DNA from: Mobula hypostoma
Lineage: Eukaryota
NCBI RefSeq assembly: GCF_963921235.1
Contig: NC_086097.1
Span: 93,436,001 to 93,500,000, forward strand
DNA length: 64,000 nt
Reading direction: 5' to 3'
Part shown: in pieces, positions 25,070 through 36,666 of the stretch
How the letters are laid out: each line of letters opens with the position of its first letter
Numbering within the stretch: position 1 is the first letter of the stretch
Notes under the pieces: model-generated
Seen by the model: the letters and a program-made list of their open reading frames with translations, nothing else
Database searches by the model: none
What the model was told of the DNA's origin: nothing
Program-made: the position numbers and the translations under genes

Positions 25070-25665
25070 CAGACAGGAGGTAGAGCCACTTAGCCCATTG
25101 AGTCTACTCCATCATTTGATCATGACGGATTTATTTTACCTCTCAAACCTATTCTCCTGCCTTTTCCCCATAAACTTTGACACCCTTATTAATTAAGTAC
25201 CTTGCTATCTCCACTGTAAATATACTCAATGACTTGATCCCACAGTCATCTGTGGCAATGAATTCCACGGACTCACCATCTGCTGACCAATAAATTTCCT
25301 CCTCATCTCATTCTAAAGGAATCTCCTTCTACTCTGAGGCTGTACCCTCTGTTCCTAGACTTGTCCGCTATTGGAAAGGCCCTCTCCACCTCCATTCTAT
25401 CTAGGACTGACAATATTCGGTAGGTTTCAATGAGATACTATGCTCATTCTTCTAAACTCCAGTAAGTACAGTCCTTGAGCCATCAGATGCTCCTCACACA
25501 TTAAGCATTTCATTCCCATGAACCTCCTCTAGACCCTCCCCAATGCTAGCAGATCCCATCTTAGACATGGCGCCCAAAACTGACTACCTTATTCCAAATG
25601 TAGTCTGACCATTGCCTTATTATTACATCCTTGCTTTTATATTCTTGTACTCTTGAAATGAATAC
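25070..25665 (-). mobile_element. CR1 3' fragment
   Basis: Same family as 21115-21750 (tgtggcaatgaattccac and aaatttcctcctcatc blocks). Confidence 0.75.
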
Positions 25666-25811
25666 TTCAGTAGGCATGGTAAAGAACTGCATACTTGCCA
25701 TAATTTGTTGGGACGAATTGAGTTTAAGTAGTATACTTCAATTGATGAATGTTTGTCTGGACAATGCAATAACCAATGAACTGATGATTAATGTTTTGGG
25801 GTCTCTTCCAG

Positions 25812-26371
25812 GCACCAATTTAGAGGCATCCATGAAAAATCGTTCTGTTTTCTCAAGTGACAAATTGGATGAATATCTAGAAAATGAGGAGAAAATTATT
25901 AAAGAGCGTGCTGCTCTGTGTATGAACAAAACATCAAAAGTTGTTTATGAAATGCCTACCAAAAGTTCCAGTTACATCCGCACATTGGATAGTGTTTTAA
26001 AACACCAGACAACGCAAGCCAACACTAGAGAGTCCTCCTCATCCAGTCGAACTTCAGTTTCTCCACAGTCCGTTCCTGCTGGCTCTGTTTCCAAAAGCAA
26101 GAAGCAGAGTGGGATGATCATAGAACATGACTCGGCCAGTAAGGAGCAGAGGTCTGTAAACGTGGCAAAAGTAGCCTCAACACCAGCTAAATCACCGGCT
26201 AAAAGCTCCCGTTTGCGGTTCTCCTCTGCATCCAGGAGACTTCCTGGTATATCTAAAAAACAGATGAAGTTGATGCATCTGGAGAATAGTGCCCTCTGGT
26301 CTGGGAAGCCAAGGACTTACATTACAGAGGAGCGAGCAGAGGCATCCCTTGTTACTCTGTTAACAGCACAG
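25812..26371 (+). CDS. MGA: MGA-family coding exon
   Basis: ctcttccag acceptor; motifs KNRSVFSSDKLDEYLENE, VYEMPTKSSSYIRTLDSVLK and GKPRTYITEERAEASLVTLLTAQ; donor cag|gtattg. Confidence 0.95.
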
Positions 26372-27196
26372 GTATTGATTTTTCTCTTACATTGAAGAAA
26401 AAGTGAGGAAAGTTTGTTACTGAAGTTCTTGGAGAATGCAAATCTCAAATAAATTGACTCCATCAGTTGACAACTGTAGTACATTTTTCTGGTGACTGTA
26501 GATCAGGTAATGTTTATTTGGGACATAAGGAGACAGTGCAAACATAACATGTGGGAGGAGGATTAAGCTGTAAGTCTCTCATTTTGGATTCATTAACTTG
26601 GAGTCTGATCTGATTTTTGCCCTCTCCTATACTTTCCTGTCTTATATTTCTCATTTCCCTTGTAGTCTGTATCAGCCTTGAATTAAGTTTAATGCTGCTG
26701 CGTCCATAGCCCTCTAGTGTATAGAACTGCAGACTTGTAAGGGAACAGATTACTCTTCACCTCAAACTGAAATAACATTTCAGATGCCATCTGAAAATCC
26801 AAATATTATACAGTATGTGTTTATTAATTTCCCTTTACACATCCATGCTACATAGAACAGTAGAGCAGAGTATGGACCCTTTGGCTCATGACATTGTGTC
26901 AGTATAAATCAATCTACTTCATGATCAATCTAACCCTCCACACCTGCACAGCACATAACTCTCTAGTTTATTTTACATTCATGTGCCTAACTGTCAGTAC
27001 TATTGTATCAGCCTCTATGACCACCTCTGCATTGTGCTACAGGCACCCACTACTCTGTGTAAAACAAAAAAAACTCCTTCCTCTGGCATCTCCCCGAAAC
27101 TTACCTCCGCTCACCTTAAACACATATCTTTTAGTGTTGGCCATTGCTTTCCTGGAAAAAAAGTGCTAGCTATCCCTCTATCTATACTCCTTGTAT

Positions 27197-27356
27197 GGGG
27201 TGTCAGGGAGGGGTAGCACCTCTGCTGGGGGAACATGTGGCATCCTTTCCCCACCTGACACTTAGCTCTCACCTGTGGCTCCCCGTAGCTGTTTGCATGC
27301 GACAGCGGCCACACTCCAGGCAATGGCTTCGACAAGCCAGCTAAACCAGGTGAGGG
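27197..27356 (+). ncRNA. Predicted HDV-like (nested double pseudoknot) self-cleaving ribozyme
   Basis: P1 GGGGUGU(27197-203)/ACACUCC(27311-17); P2 CUCUCACCUG(27266-75)/CAGGUGAGGG(27347-56); P3 GGC/GCC; L3 begins UCCCCG; AG-GCAAU then P4 GGCU-UCGACA-AGCC; J4/2 AG-C(27341)-UAAA. Confidence 0.8.
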
Positions 27357-27721
27357 TAGCTGACAGGTTTCAAACCCTCGGTGAGATAGGGAGTTGTCTA
27401 TCCTAGCATGTGAAGACAGACTCCGGTGGATTGAGCAGATGAGACCAATGGAAGGTTCAACAGTCAAGAAGGCGGTCTCTGCAAGCGTCGTGGACCGTGT
27501 AGAGCAGGACAAGACACAGAAAACGTCCTGGTCATCCACTGCGCCTAGTCCCATCTCCAGCTGTCTCGATTCTGTCTTGCCACAGGATCCAGATGGGAAT
27601 TGGGAACAGAGAGTGAGGCTGACGCTGCTCAGTTCTCCCTCACTTAAATCCAAATCACGCGCTAGTATCAACACCATCATAATGATGTCAAGGTCCTCAT
27701 CGACGTCGATGATGGACACAC
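27197..27721 (+). mobile_element. Non-autonomous ribozyme-headed retroelement (SINE/SIDE-like) inserted in a CR1 fragment
   Basis: Interrupts a minus-strand CR1; degenerate TSD actccttgta (27186-95) / accccttata (27722-31); short (CA)n tail; starts at ribozyme G1. Confidence 0.7.
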
Positions 27722-29719
27722 ACCCCTTATAATCTTATACACCTCTATCAATTGCCTCTCGCCCTCTGTCAATCCAAAGATTTGGATTGACTCAGGCATA
27801 CTTCAGAAGGCATGTCCTCTAATCCAGGCAGCATCCTTGTAAATTTGAATCTTCTTTGATGCTTTCACATCCTTCCTATAATGAGATGACACAATATTGT
27901 AAGCGTGGTCTAACCAGAGTTTTATAAAGCTGCAACATTACTTTGCATCTCTTGAACTCAGACCCCAACTAATGAGAGCCAACACACCTTTTGCCTTATT
28001 AACCACCCTATTACCCTTGTGCTGCAACTTTGAGTGATCTATAGACATGGACCCAAATATACCTCTGTTTGTCCACACTGCTAAGAATCTTGCCCTTTTC
28101 CTTGTACTCTGCCTTCAAGTTAAATCTTCCAAAGTTTATCACTTCCCACTTTTCCAAATTGATTTCCATCTGCCACTACTCCACTCAAATCTTCTTCTTG
28201 TATATGTCCTATTGTAACCCATAGCAACTATCCACAACAACTCTACGCCTTCACTTCCTCATCCAAGTCCACAAAGAGCACGGGCCCCAGAACAGATTCC
28301 TGAGGAACACCACTGGTCAGCAGCCTCCGGGCAAATAGTTTCCATCTGTTACCACCCTCTGCCAATTCCAAATCTAGGCAGACAAGTTCCCATGATTCCA
28401 TGCCTGAAAGGTGTTAAAAACAATTTTACTTTCCTGAAACCATGTTGACTGTGCTTGATTGTCCTATTTTTTTTCTTTATTTCCCCTTCAACGATGGATT
28501 CCAGCAGTTTTCCTATAAGCTTAAAGTTCCGTGGTTTTTGCCTCTCTCCTTTCTTGAAATGTGGTACCTTGGCCTACAGAATCCAGGGGATTTTGATGGA
28601 TTATACCCATTGTTTTTTCAGCCACTTTAAGTTGCAGGATGTAGGCCACTAGTTCCTTGGAATTTGTCCATCTTGAGCCCATGGTTTGCTCAATACTTTA
28701 TCCCTAATAGTAGAAATTGATATAACTCCTCTTTCTGTCTGCTCATCTACCATTTTATTTATTTAATCTGCTTTCCTAGTTCACCACCCAATTCTCTTCT
28801 TTAATCATTGTAAGTGGGTTTATTTAACACTGGAACACAGGGACATTTTTATTTATTAAATATGGAGACCAAAACACTGTTAGGTACTCCAGGCCCACAT
28901 GCACCCAGGAGAATTGCATCAATGTTTTCCTGCTTTTATAGCCTTTTGCAACAAACTCTTACTGTGTCTAAGGTTATCAGATTGCTTCACCAAGAGCAGA
29001 CAGAAAGCTTTGCCTCAATCACCACTGCAAACTCTGCTCTACTATGGCAGTCATTGAGAATTACCAGAGGGAGAACCAGATCCTTTGCAGTCTCTCATTT
29101 TATCTGATTTTGAGGTGAACTTTCAACAAGGTATTGATGGCAGATGTAAGTCTGCTGTTTCAATCTCTGCAATATTGCTTTACTACTATAAGTATATTGT
29201 TAAAATACCCCAGCCTTATTATTATTTTCAGAATCTTCACTATTCCAATGGCCAGCTTCCTGAGTTCAATCCTCCATAAACATGAGACCATCAAAACTTT
29301 TACTGGTAGGGTTGTTTTCTGACCTGTGATAATTTCCTCTCCCTATAATTCCAAATTCCTCCATGACATGTAGCTCTCTGGGAAAACTGTGCTTATCCAT
29401 TTCTGGCTATGTGAAAATCCCCAAGTTAAGTTGGCTTTGGATACCAAGCTATGAACTCCAGAATTACTTGCTAAATCTCTCCATCTCCCCATGTCTTTTG
29501 CCTCCTTTAAACAGCTTCTTAAATCCTTTCTGATAAATTTTAATTGCCATACTAACATTTCTTGAATGATGTAATATTTTATATGTATATGTGTGTGTAT
29601 CACTCACTCACTCTTGAGGAGCACCTTGGGATGTTTTGCAATGATGAAAGTATCATTGGTTCATACTCTGAATGCCAAGTTTCTGTGTAAAGCTTGTTTT
29701 GCATGCTGTTTATATAATG

Positions 29720-30495
29720 CAGACAAGTGTGAGATTTTGCACTGCAGGATCAACCAGTATAGGTCTTAAACAGTGAACAGTAGAGCACTGAGGAGTGTGG
29801 TAGAACAAAGGGATCTGGGAATACAGGTACATAACTTATTGTAAGTGGTGTTACAGGTAGAGAAAGCTTTTGGCATATTGGCCTTCATGAATCAATTTAT
29901 TGAGTGCAGAAGATGGGATGTTATATTGAAGTTGTATAAGATGTTGAGGCCTACTTTGTGTGCAGTTTTGGTCACCTACTTACAGGAAAGATGTAACCAA
30001 GATTGAGAGAGTACAGAGAAAATTTACAAGGATGTTGCTGGGTCTGGAGGACCTGAGTTATACAGTAAGACTGAATAGGTTAGGACTTTATTCTTTATAA
30101 CGTAGAGGATTTAGAGGAGATTTGACGGATGTGTACAAAATTATGAGGGGTATAAGTAGAGTAAATATAAGCAGGCTTTTTCCATTTAGGTTGGGTGGGA
30201 CTACAACCAGAGGTCTTGGCTTAAGGATGAAAGGGAGAAGTTTAAGGGGAACATGAGTGAAAACTTCTTTACTCAGAGGGTCGTGAGAATGTGAAATGAG
30301 CTACTAGCAAAAGTGGTCCATGTGAGCTCAATTTCAGCGTTTAAGAGACGTTTGGATAGGTACATGGATAGTAAGGATATTGGGGAGCTGTTGTCCTGGT
30401 GCAGATCGATGGGAGTAGGCAGTTTAAATGGTTTTGGCATTGACTAGATGGTCTGAAGGGCCTGTTTCTGTGCTGTACTTCTCTATGACTCTATA
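29720..30495 (+). mobile_element. CR1 3' fragment
   Basis: ERVQRKFTRMLLGL and FFTQRVVR; gggcctgtttctgtgctgta followed by a tctatgac tail. Confidence 0.8.
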
Positions 30496-30567
30496 TAGAT
30501 CTAATTATTACACAGTATTGAGCTAGAATAAGGTAAAACAATAACAATGCTGAATAAAATGTAAATA

Positions 30568-31483
30568 CAGTTAGCCTTCTGTATCCGCGGGGGTTTGGTT
30601 CTGGGACCCCCCGCAGATACCAAATTCTGCAGAAGCTCAAGTCCCATATATAAAATGGCGTGGTATTTGCATATAACCTACGCACATCTTCCCGTATACT
30701 TTAGATCATCTCTAGATTACTTATAATACCTAATACAATGTAAATAGTTGTTATACTGTATTGTTTAGGGAATAATGGCAAGAAAAAAAAGTCTGTACAT
30801 GTTGTACAGAGGCAACCATCGTAGCTGTTCAGCGAACCTCGAGCAGCAAGAGTGGCGAAAAGCAAAAATAGTGTTCAGCGTTTGTTTTGCTGTCAGCAAA
30901 ACAAACCCTCAGCATCTCAGCATCAAGCCGCCATAGCTTTGAACTGCGTGAGATTTTCACTATGATTGACAGTGCTGCAATGATTGCAGAAAAGTATGAC
31001 TTTAATTTTGAAAGGGCACATAGGTTTAGGGCTGGTTTGCAGGATGTTTTGAGTACTTACAAAGAACTGTATGATAGAAAAATGTGTGAAACTTCCAGTG
31101 GGCTCACTGTCTTCCCAATTCTGGTAGGTGAAACTATACTGTACATACATTATTTCTACTTTGTATAGGCTATGTATTTATCATATCATTCCTGCTTTTA
31201 CTATATATTAGTGTTATTTTAGGTTTTATGTGTTATTTGGTATGATTTGGTAGGTTATTTTTTTGGGTCTGGGAACGCTCAAAAATTTTCCCCATATAAA
31301 TTAATGGTAATTGCTTCTTTGCTTCACTTTCGGATAGCGGGGGAAACCTGTACAATGGAAATGCTATGTAAATAGTTGTTACACTGTATTGTTTAGCGAA
31401 TAAGAAGAAAGAGAGAGAACTTACGGGTTTTTCTCGATCCCGATCTGTGGTTGGTTGAATCCGCGGATACGGAGGGCCGACTG
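30568..31483 (+). mobile_element. Tigger/pogo non-autonomous DNA transposon (MER2-like ends) with a transposase C-terminal remnant
   Basis: TIRs cagttagccttctgtatccgcgg / ccgcggatacggagggccgactg; TA TSD; ORF 30887..31168 DFNFERAHRFRAGLQDVLSTYKELY typical of a Tigger C-terminus. Confidence 0.9.
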
Positions 31484-31890
31484 TATTACCAAAAAATGTG
31501 GTGCAGGCAAACTATAAATTGTAAGATCATAACGAGGTAGATTGTGAGGTCAAAAGTCCATTTTAAAGTATGTCTGTTCAGAAGTCTGATAACAGTAAGA
31601 TAAAAATTGTCCTTGAGTCTGGTGGTATGTGCAGTCATGCTTTAGTATATTCTGCTCGATCAGAAAGGGGATAAGAGAATGTCTGGGTGATCAGTAGTAC
31701 ATATGTGTGCTAATTAACTAATTCTAAAATCTAATTAAAATCTACAATTAACTAACATATGTACTTGGTTAACATTTGAGATTTCAACTGACTGCAGTCT
31801 CAGCTGGCAGCTTTTTGGTGTACTGAAATTTCAGGTTGCTGGTGCTTCTTGAGAACAAAACCCTCACTAACTGGTGGAATGTCCTCTACT

Positions 31891-32020
31891 TCAGAAAAGG
31901 GGCTGCTCTCCTCACAGGAAGGTGATCAGGGCTCAGAAAAAGAACTGCTCTCCTCACGGGAAGGTGGGTAGGGCTCAGAAAAAGAACCGCTCTCCTCACA
32001 GGAAGGAGATCAGGGCTCAG
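31891..32020 (+). repeat. 42-bp minisatellite, 3 copies
   Basis: Unit tcagaaaaagaactgctctcctcacaggaaggtgatcagggc at 31891, 31933 and 31975. Confidence 0.9.
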
Positions 32021-32679
32021 TTTGCTCAGCTTCTGTGGGCCAGCACCAGTCAAATCCCAAGGATGTTAGACTACAGAGTTTCAATGTGTATTTAATTTCA
32101 GGATTCAAGATTAATTTATTTCCAGTACACAAGTGTAAAGGAGAACAAAATAATTGAGAAATTTGAAGTTGTTACATCTCTAATTTTTTATCAGTAGCTA
32201 ATGTTTGGCCTTGTAGTTGGATCTTTTCTAAGTTATTCTTGCAAGTGATGGTCAAATGTGAAGTACTCTAACTATTGTGTTTGCCATTGATAGACAACTT
32301 GTGTATTCTCATGGAAAGTCAGCAACTTACACAATTCCCCAGCCAAAGGGGATGATGGTTGCGGTCCTAGCAGGAGGGAACAAAGCTCCACGGAACTTCA
32401 TGCCTTTTGTTGAAATTATCTTTTACTAAAGAATAGTAAAACAGAAGGCTGGTATTTTTTTCAAGAAATAGTAATGATCCTATTTGCTATGAGAAGAAAT
32501 CTGTGCTAGTCTTAGTTAATAGATGGGGTTGAGGAGGAGGAAAAAAGGATCAGCCACGATTGAATGGTGAAGCAGTCTCAATGGGCCAAATGGCCTAATT
32601 CTGCTCTTATGTCTTGTGGTCTTAAAATTTATTATTGTATTTTGTATTAATTAATACATGCTTTGCTATCATGATTTAG

Positions 32680-32998
32680 GGTTCACTGTCATCACGGAAA
32701 CGTAAAATGGTATCTAGACAAGTGCCAATGTGTAAGAATGAATTCTGTCGTTTGGGCTGCATATGTTCCAGTCTCTCGCATGTGAAGCAGCCGCCTAGTC
32801 ATTGCCGCAAACCAAAGTGCATGCTGACTTGTAAATGTCCGAAGCAGAAGGTGCTGGTGCTAAAGTCATTTGGGAGACGTAAAAAGCAGATGAACAAAGC
32901 CCTCAGAGAAGATTTAATATTCTATGATGCATTGGCAGAAGATGAAGATTGGAAACCAAGAGCCAAAAAGAGGAAAAGGAAGAAGATGGTTGAATATG
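32680..32998 (+). CDS. MGA: MGA-family coding exon carrying the Cys-rich MGA conserved domain (DUF4801-type)
   Basis: gatttag acceptor; CKNEFCRLGCICSSL...HCRKPKCMLTCKC; basic NLS-like KKRKRKK; donor g|gttagt. Confidence 0.95.
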
Positions 32999-34656
32999 GT
33001 TAGTGGCAACTGGATTTAACATTTTTCAGCATTAATTATCTCCAGTAAAATGTAATTTTGTTAACAAGTAGGTTTGAAAATGTAAGTCTGTTTATGATTT
33101 GCGGGTAGATTACATGGTTCTTTTTGAGATTGAAGCTACTTACATCTGTGAAACATTCCTTCCTTAACATGCAAAAATATGTAAATACATGTGATACTTA
33201 AAGTTCTGTATGTTCCACCAAAAAAGAAATTTTGCTTGATGTTCAAGCATGTTATAAACAACAGTTCATTTTAATTAAGTTCCATGCATTTAGAACATTG
33301 AAAAGGATATTAGGCTGGAGAGGATTATTGGACTAAAAGCCCAGAATCGTGCTTCCTGGATGTCTTTCAAAGGTAGTCATTTGAATTTTATTACCAAGCT
33401 GTCTGCATATTAGTTGTTGATTTTAAAGGCTGGATGCTTATTGAGTGGAAAGCAACCATTAGTGTTTTTCACCTCTTGAGACAACAGGGTTTGAATTAAA
33501 GTCTGCTCCACAACTGTATTACATAAAGTGGGATTTTTTGAGGCCTTGCAATCATTCAGTTGGTCTTAAATTTGACTTCCTACAGGAGAAGGCTGAGAAA
33601 TAATCATCAATATCCAGTTCAATCAGTTGTAGGCTTATCCATCAATTACTTCGTTACAAAAGGACTTTTGCATTTTTTTGGGCAGACTTTTATTGCTTTT
33701 ATAACAGACTTTCAAATATGCATGTATCTTCTTGACCCAATTTTTTCGCTTTCTTGATACAATGCCTCTCCTTCCCTACCCCTGCCCCCCCACCGCTCCT
33801 TAAGTTAATAGTCTGTGAAACACATGTAGTATGAATGTATGCCTCAATATTTCACTTTTTATTTACTGGCTAAATGTTGTCTACTTGTTGCCACCTCCTG
33901 TTCTGCCTTTTTTTTTGTCTCCATGCCACTTTAATATAACATTTCCATCCCTCCCCACTGTGTCAGCTGTTTTAGCCAGTTGTCACCCAAGGAGCAACCA
34001 TCATTACTTGGGGTTTACCATAATCATATAGATTGAAGCATTAACATCAATCTTTCAATTTACTGGGTTAGCAAGACTGCAAATGACTGATTCCTGATCA
34101 GTAGGTTTAGCAATCAAAATTAAGAATATCCTGGAAATGCACACAATAGGACTGAAAGTTTACATTTTGCCTATATACCAAGAATAAGTGGGCCATGAAA
34201 ATAAAAAAAACTGCACATGCTGAAATCTGAAATAAAAACAAATGCAGGAAAATTTTAGCAAATGGGGCAGCATCTGTGGAAAGAGAAACAGGAAGTGAGC
34301 TGTGCACTGTATGAAGGAATGTTGTACCTCATTTAGTCTGTGGATAAATCTTGTATACCACTAAATTTTTATGCCATATCAGTGCATTACTGGGGAGAGC
34401 ATTCAATTGTTAGAGGTCTTCTGATGAATTTCAAAATAGTCTGTTATTTATGATCAAAGTGGACATTCAACATCTTGCAATATTTGAAGACAGATTTTTT
34501 TTAGTGCTTTGATGGAGACATAATTTAATGTTCTTCCTTTCTACCATTTCTTCTAAAGTATGTTATGCGTTCATTTAGATTTCACATTGTTATGTTTAAA
34601 GATAAAAATATTAATGAAGAATTTTTAATTCCCAATGCTAACAAGGCATTTGAAAA

Positions 34657-35387
34657 GTGAATACAGGGTCCTGGTGGAGGACTTCTGTCAAATGGTACAA
34701 GCTGAATCATCTGCAGCTCAACATCAGTGAGATGATGGTGGACTTTAAGAAGACTAAGCCTATTATTATTGATGATGACGATGTGGATGTGGTGAGGACC
34801 TACAGGTACCTGGGAGTGAACCTGGATAACAGACTTGAGTGGAGCACCAACGCGGAGGCTGTGGTCGAGAAGGGCCAGAATCGCCTGTCATTTTGGAGGA
34901 GACCAAGGTCCTTTGGAGTCTGCAGGCCTCACCTACACATATTTTACCAGTTTGTTGTCACCAGTACAATCTTCTATGTGGTGGGTGTGCTGGAGCAATG
35001 GCATCAACATAAGTGATGCCCACAGGCTCAATAAACTGAATAGAAAGGCTGGCTCTGTTATAGGAGTCAAACTGGACACACTGGAGTCTGTGGTAGAAAA
35101 AAGGACCCAATGGAAAATCCTGGCAATTCTGGACAATGTTTCTCACCCTCTGCATGCCACCTTGACTGAACAGAGGAGCACTTTTAGTAACAAACTAAGA
35201 CAACTGTGCTGCTCCAAAGAGTGCTATATGAGGCCATTCTTACCCTCGGCCATAATGAGCCAACCTATAGCCAGGGAAGTGTTTGGGGTAACTTATTTTG
35301 AATTCTTTCTTATATCTGTGCAATTTTAGTGCTACTGTTGACACTGTATTTTTCTTTGGGATCAATTAAGTATCATCTGTCTATCTA
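34657..35387 (+). mobile_element. Rex-like LINE 3' fragment
   Basis: YRYLGVNLDNRLEWS, ILDNVSHPLH and RPFLPSAI; aattaagtatcatctgtctatct tail. Confidence 0.85.
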
Positions 35388-35449
35388 ATGTTGGGCTTAA
35401 GAATGGGTATAAGAACTGTTCTCCGTTTTTTCTTCCCTTCTCCCTGCAG

Positions 35450-35622
35450 CAATTCCTGCACCAGAACAACCTAAACGTTCTTATCCTATGTGGGTTCGCG
35501 AGGAGGGGGAAGTAGACCCTGAGCCAGTCTATACTGCACCTCACATAGAAACTTGTCATGAAAATAAATCTCAGTCATTGCCAGTACAGTCAACTCCTGC
35601 AAGTTCACCAAAGCTCTCTGAG
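35450..35622 (+). CDS. MGA: MGA-family coding exon, 173 nt
   Basis: Strong pyrimidine tract ending ccctgcag; PEQPKRSYPMWVREEGEVDPEPVY resembles MGA PEQPVRHYPLWVKVEGEVDPEPVY; donor gag|gtagga. Confidence 0.93.
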
Positions 35623-36666
35623 GTAGGATGAAAATCATAAAGAAAAAATCTCTGTGATATGTGTACTCAGAAATGGCATTGATGTTCAGCAAATTATTTT
35701 CTGTTTTTAGATTTCATAGCCAACCTGGTTAGCGCCTATTGAATAAAGATGCCTCCTTTGCCAGTGTTTGCAGTTTTATACACCACTTATCTTTAGAGCC
35801 TATAATGAGTAAGATAATCCAAGGAATATTATTACACAAAACTTAATGATGGGACAGGTATCAACGCAAAATGAACCAAAGCTTGGTCAGAGAGTCAGAT
35901 TTTGATGTGCATTTTAATGTGAAAAGTTAGTCAGAGAAATAGGGTTTTACAAAGGGACTTCCAGAGTTCGGGGCCCTGTTACCCAATACAATGCTATCAC
36001 TGGCAGAGTGATTATAAACTTTTTTTAGAGGAAAGAATATAGGAGTATAGGTATTACAGAGGGCTGAGGAGATAAAGTAAAGAGAGGCTTGAATCTAGTC
36101 GGGTTTGTAAACCAGCATATCTTTTTAAAATCGAGGCATTTCTGATTTGAATCTTGAGTTTTTTTTTGAGTACAGGCATGAATATGTGGGATTTGAAATT
36201 TCAGAACAACTTCAAATTTGTGCAGGCAGACTAGTCAGGAATGTGCAGAATAGTTAAGTCTTGGGTAACAGTGGCGTGGATTAGTTCTAGGCAAAAGATG
36301 GCAGCAAATGACCAGTTATAGATTTAGAGAGAAAGCGGATCTCCTGGTACATGCTGCCTAGAAGCTATTTTCCTGTTCTTTGGTACATTTGCATATGTAA
36401 GAACCACTGATAAGGAACCTGGAAGAGTAAGGTATGAGCAGATGGTATACTCTTATCATTCTGTATCAGCAACATTACAAAACTGTTACTTTCTTTCCTG
36501 TTCCTGGGCGCTTTGTCAATTACATGACAAGTGGTGTTATGGTGAAGGTTGTTCAATTGTGGAAGAGATAAATCAGGAAATTTTCAGGAGCCAGAATAAT
36601 TAGGACTAAACTGTTAAAGTTATCATGAATCTGGCAGTTAAGTAATGACAAACAAATACTTGCAGA

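Larger units (their letters stand above)
26850..28410 (-). mobile_element. CR1 3' fragment, host of the ribozyme element
   Basis: catagaacagt tail at the left end; gaggaacaccactggtc (GVPQGS on the minus strand) near 28305. Confidence 0.75.

Noticed and set aside
27355..27410. Twister-like segment (ggtttcaaaccctcgg) after the HDV fold
   Set aside because: Could not build the P1/P2 helices and both pseudoknots
27111..27719. 202-aa minus-strand ORF (and the 112-aa plus ORF at 27394)
   Set aside because: No domain similarity recognised; runs across the insertion boundary into CR1; explained by GC-rich structured RNA
31891..32020. CRISPR-like array
   Set aside because: Head-to-tail units with no unique spacers, eukaryotic intron, no cas genes
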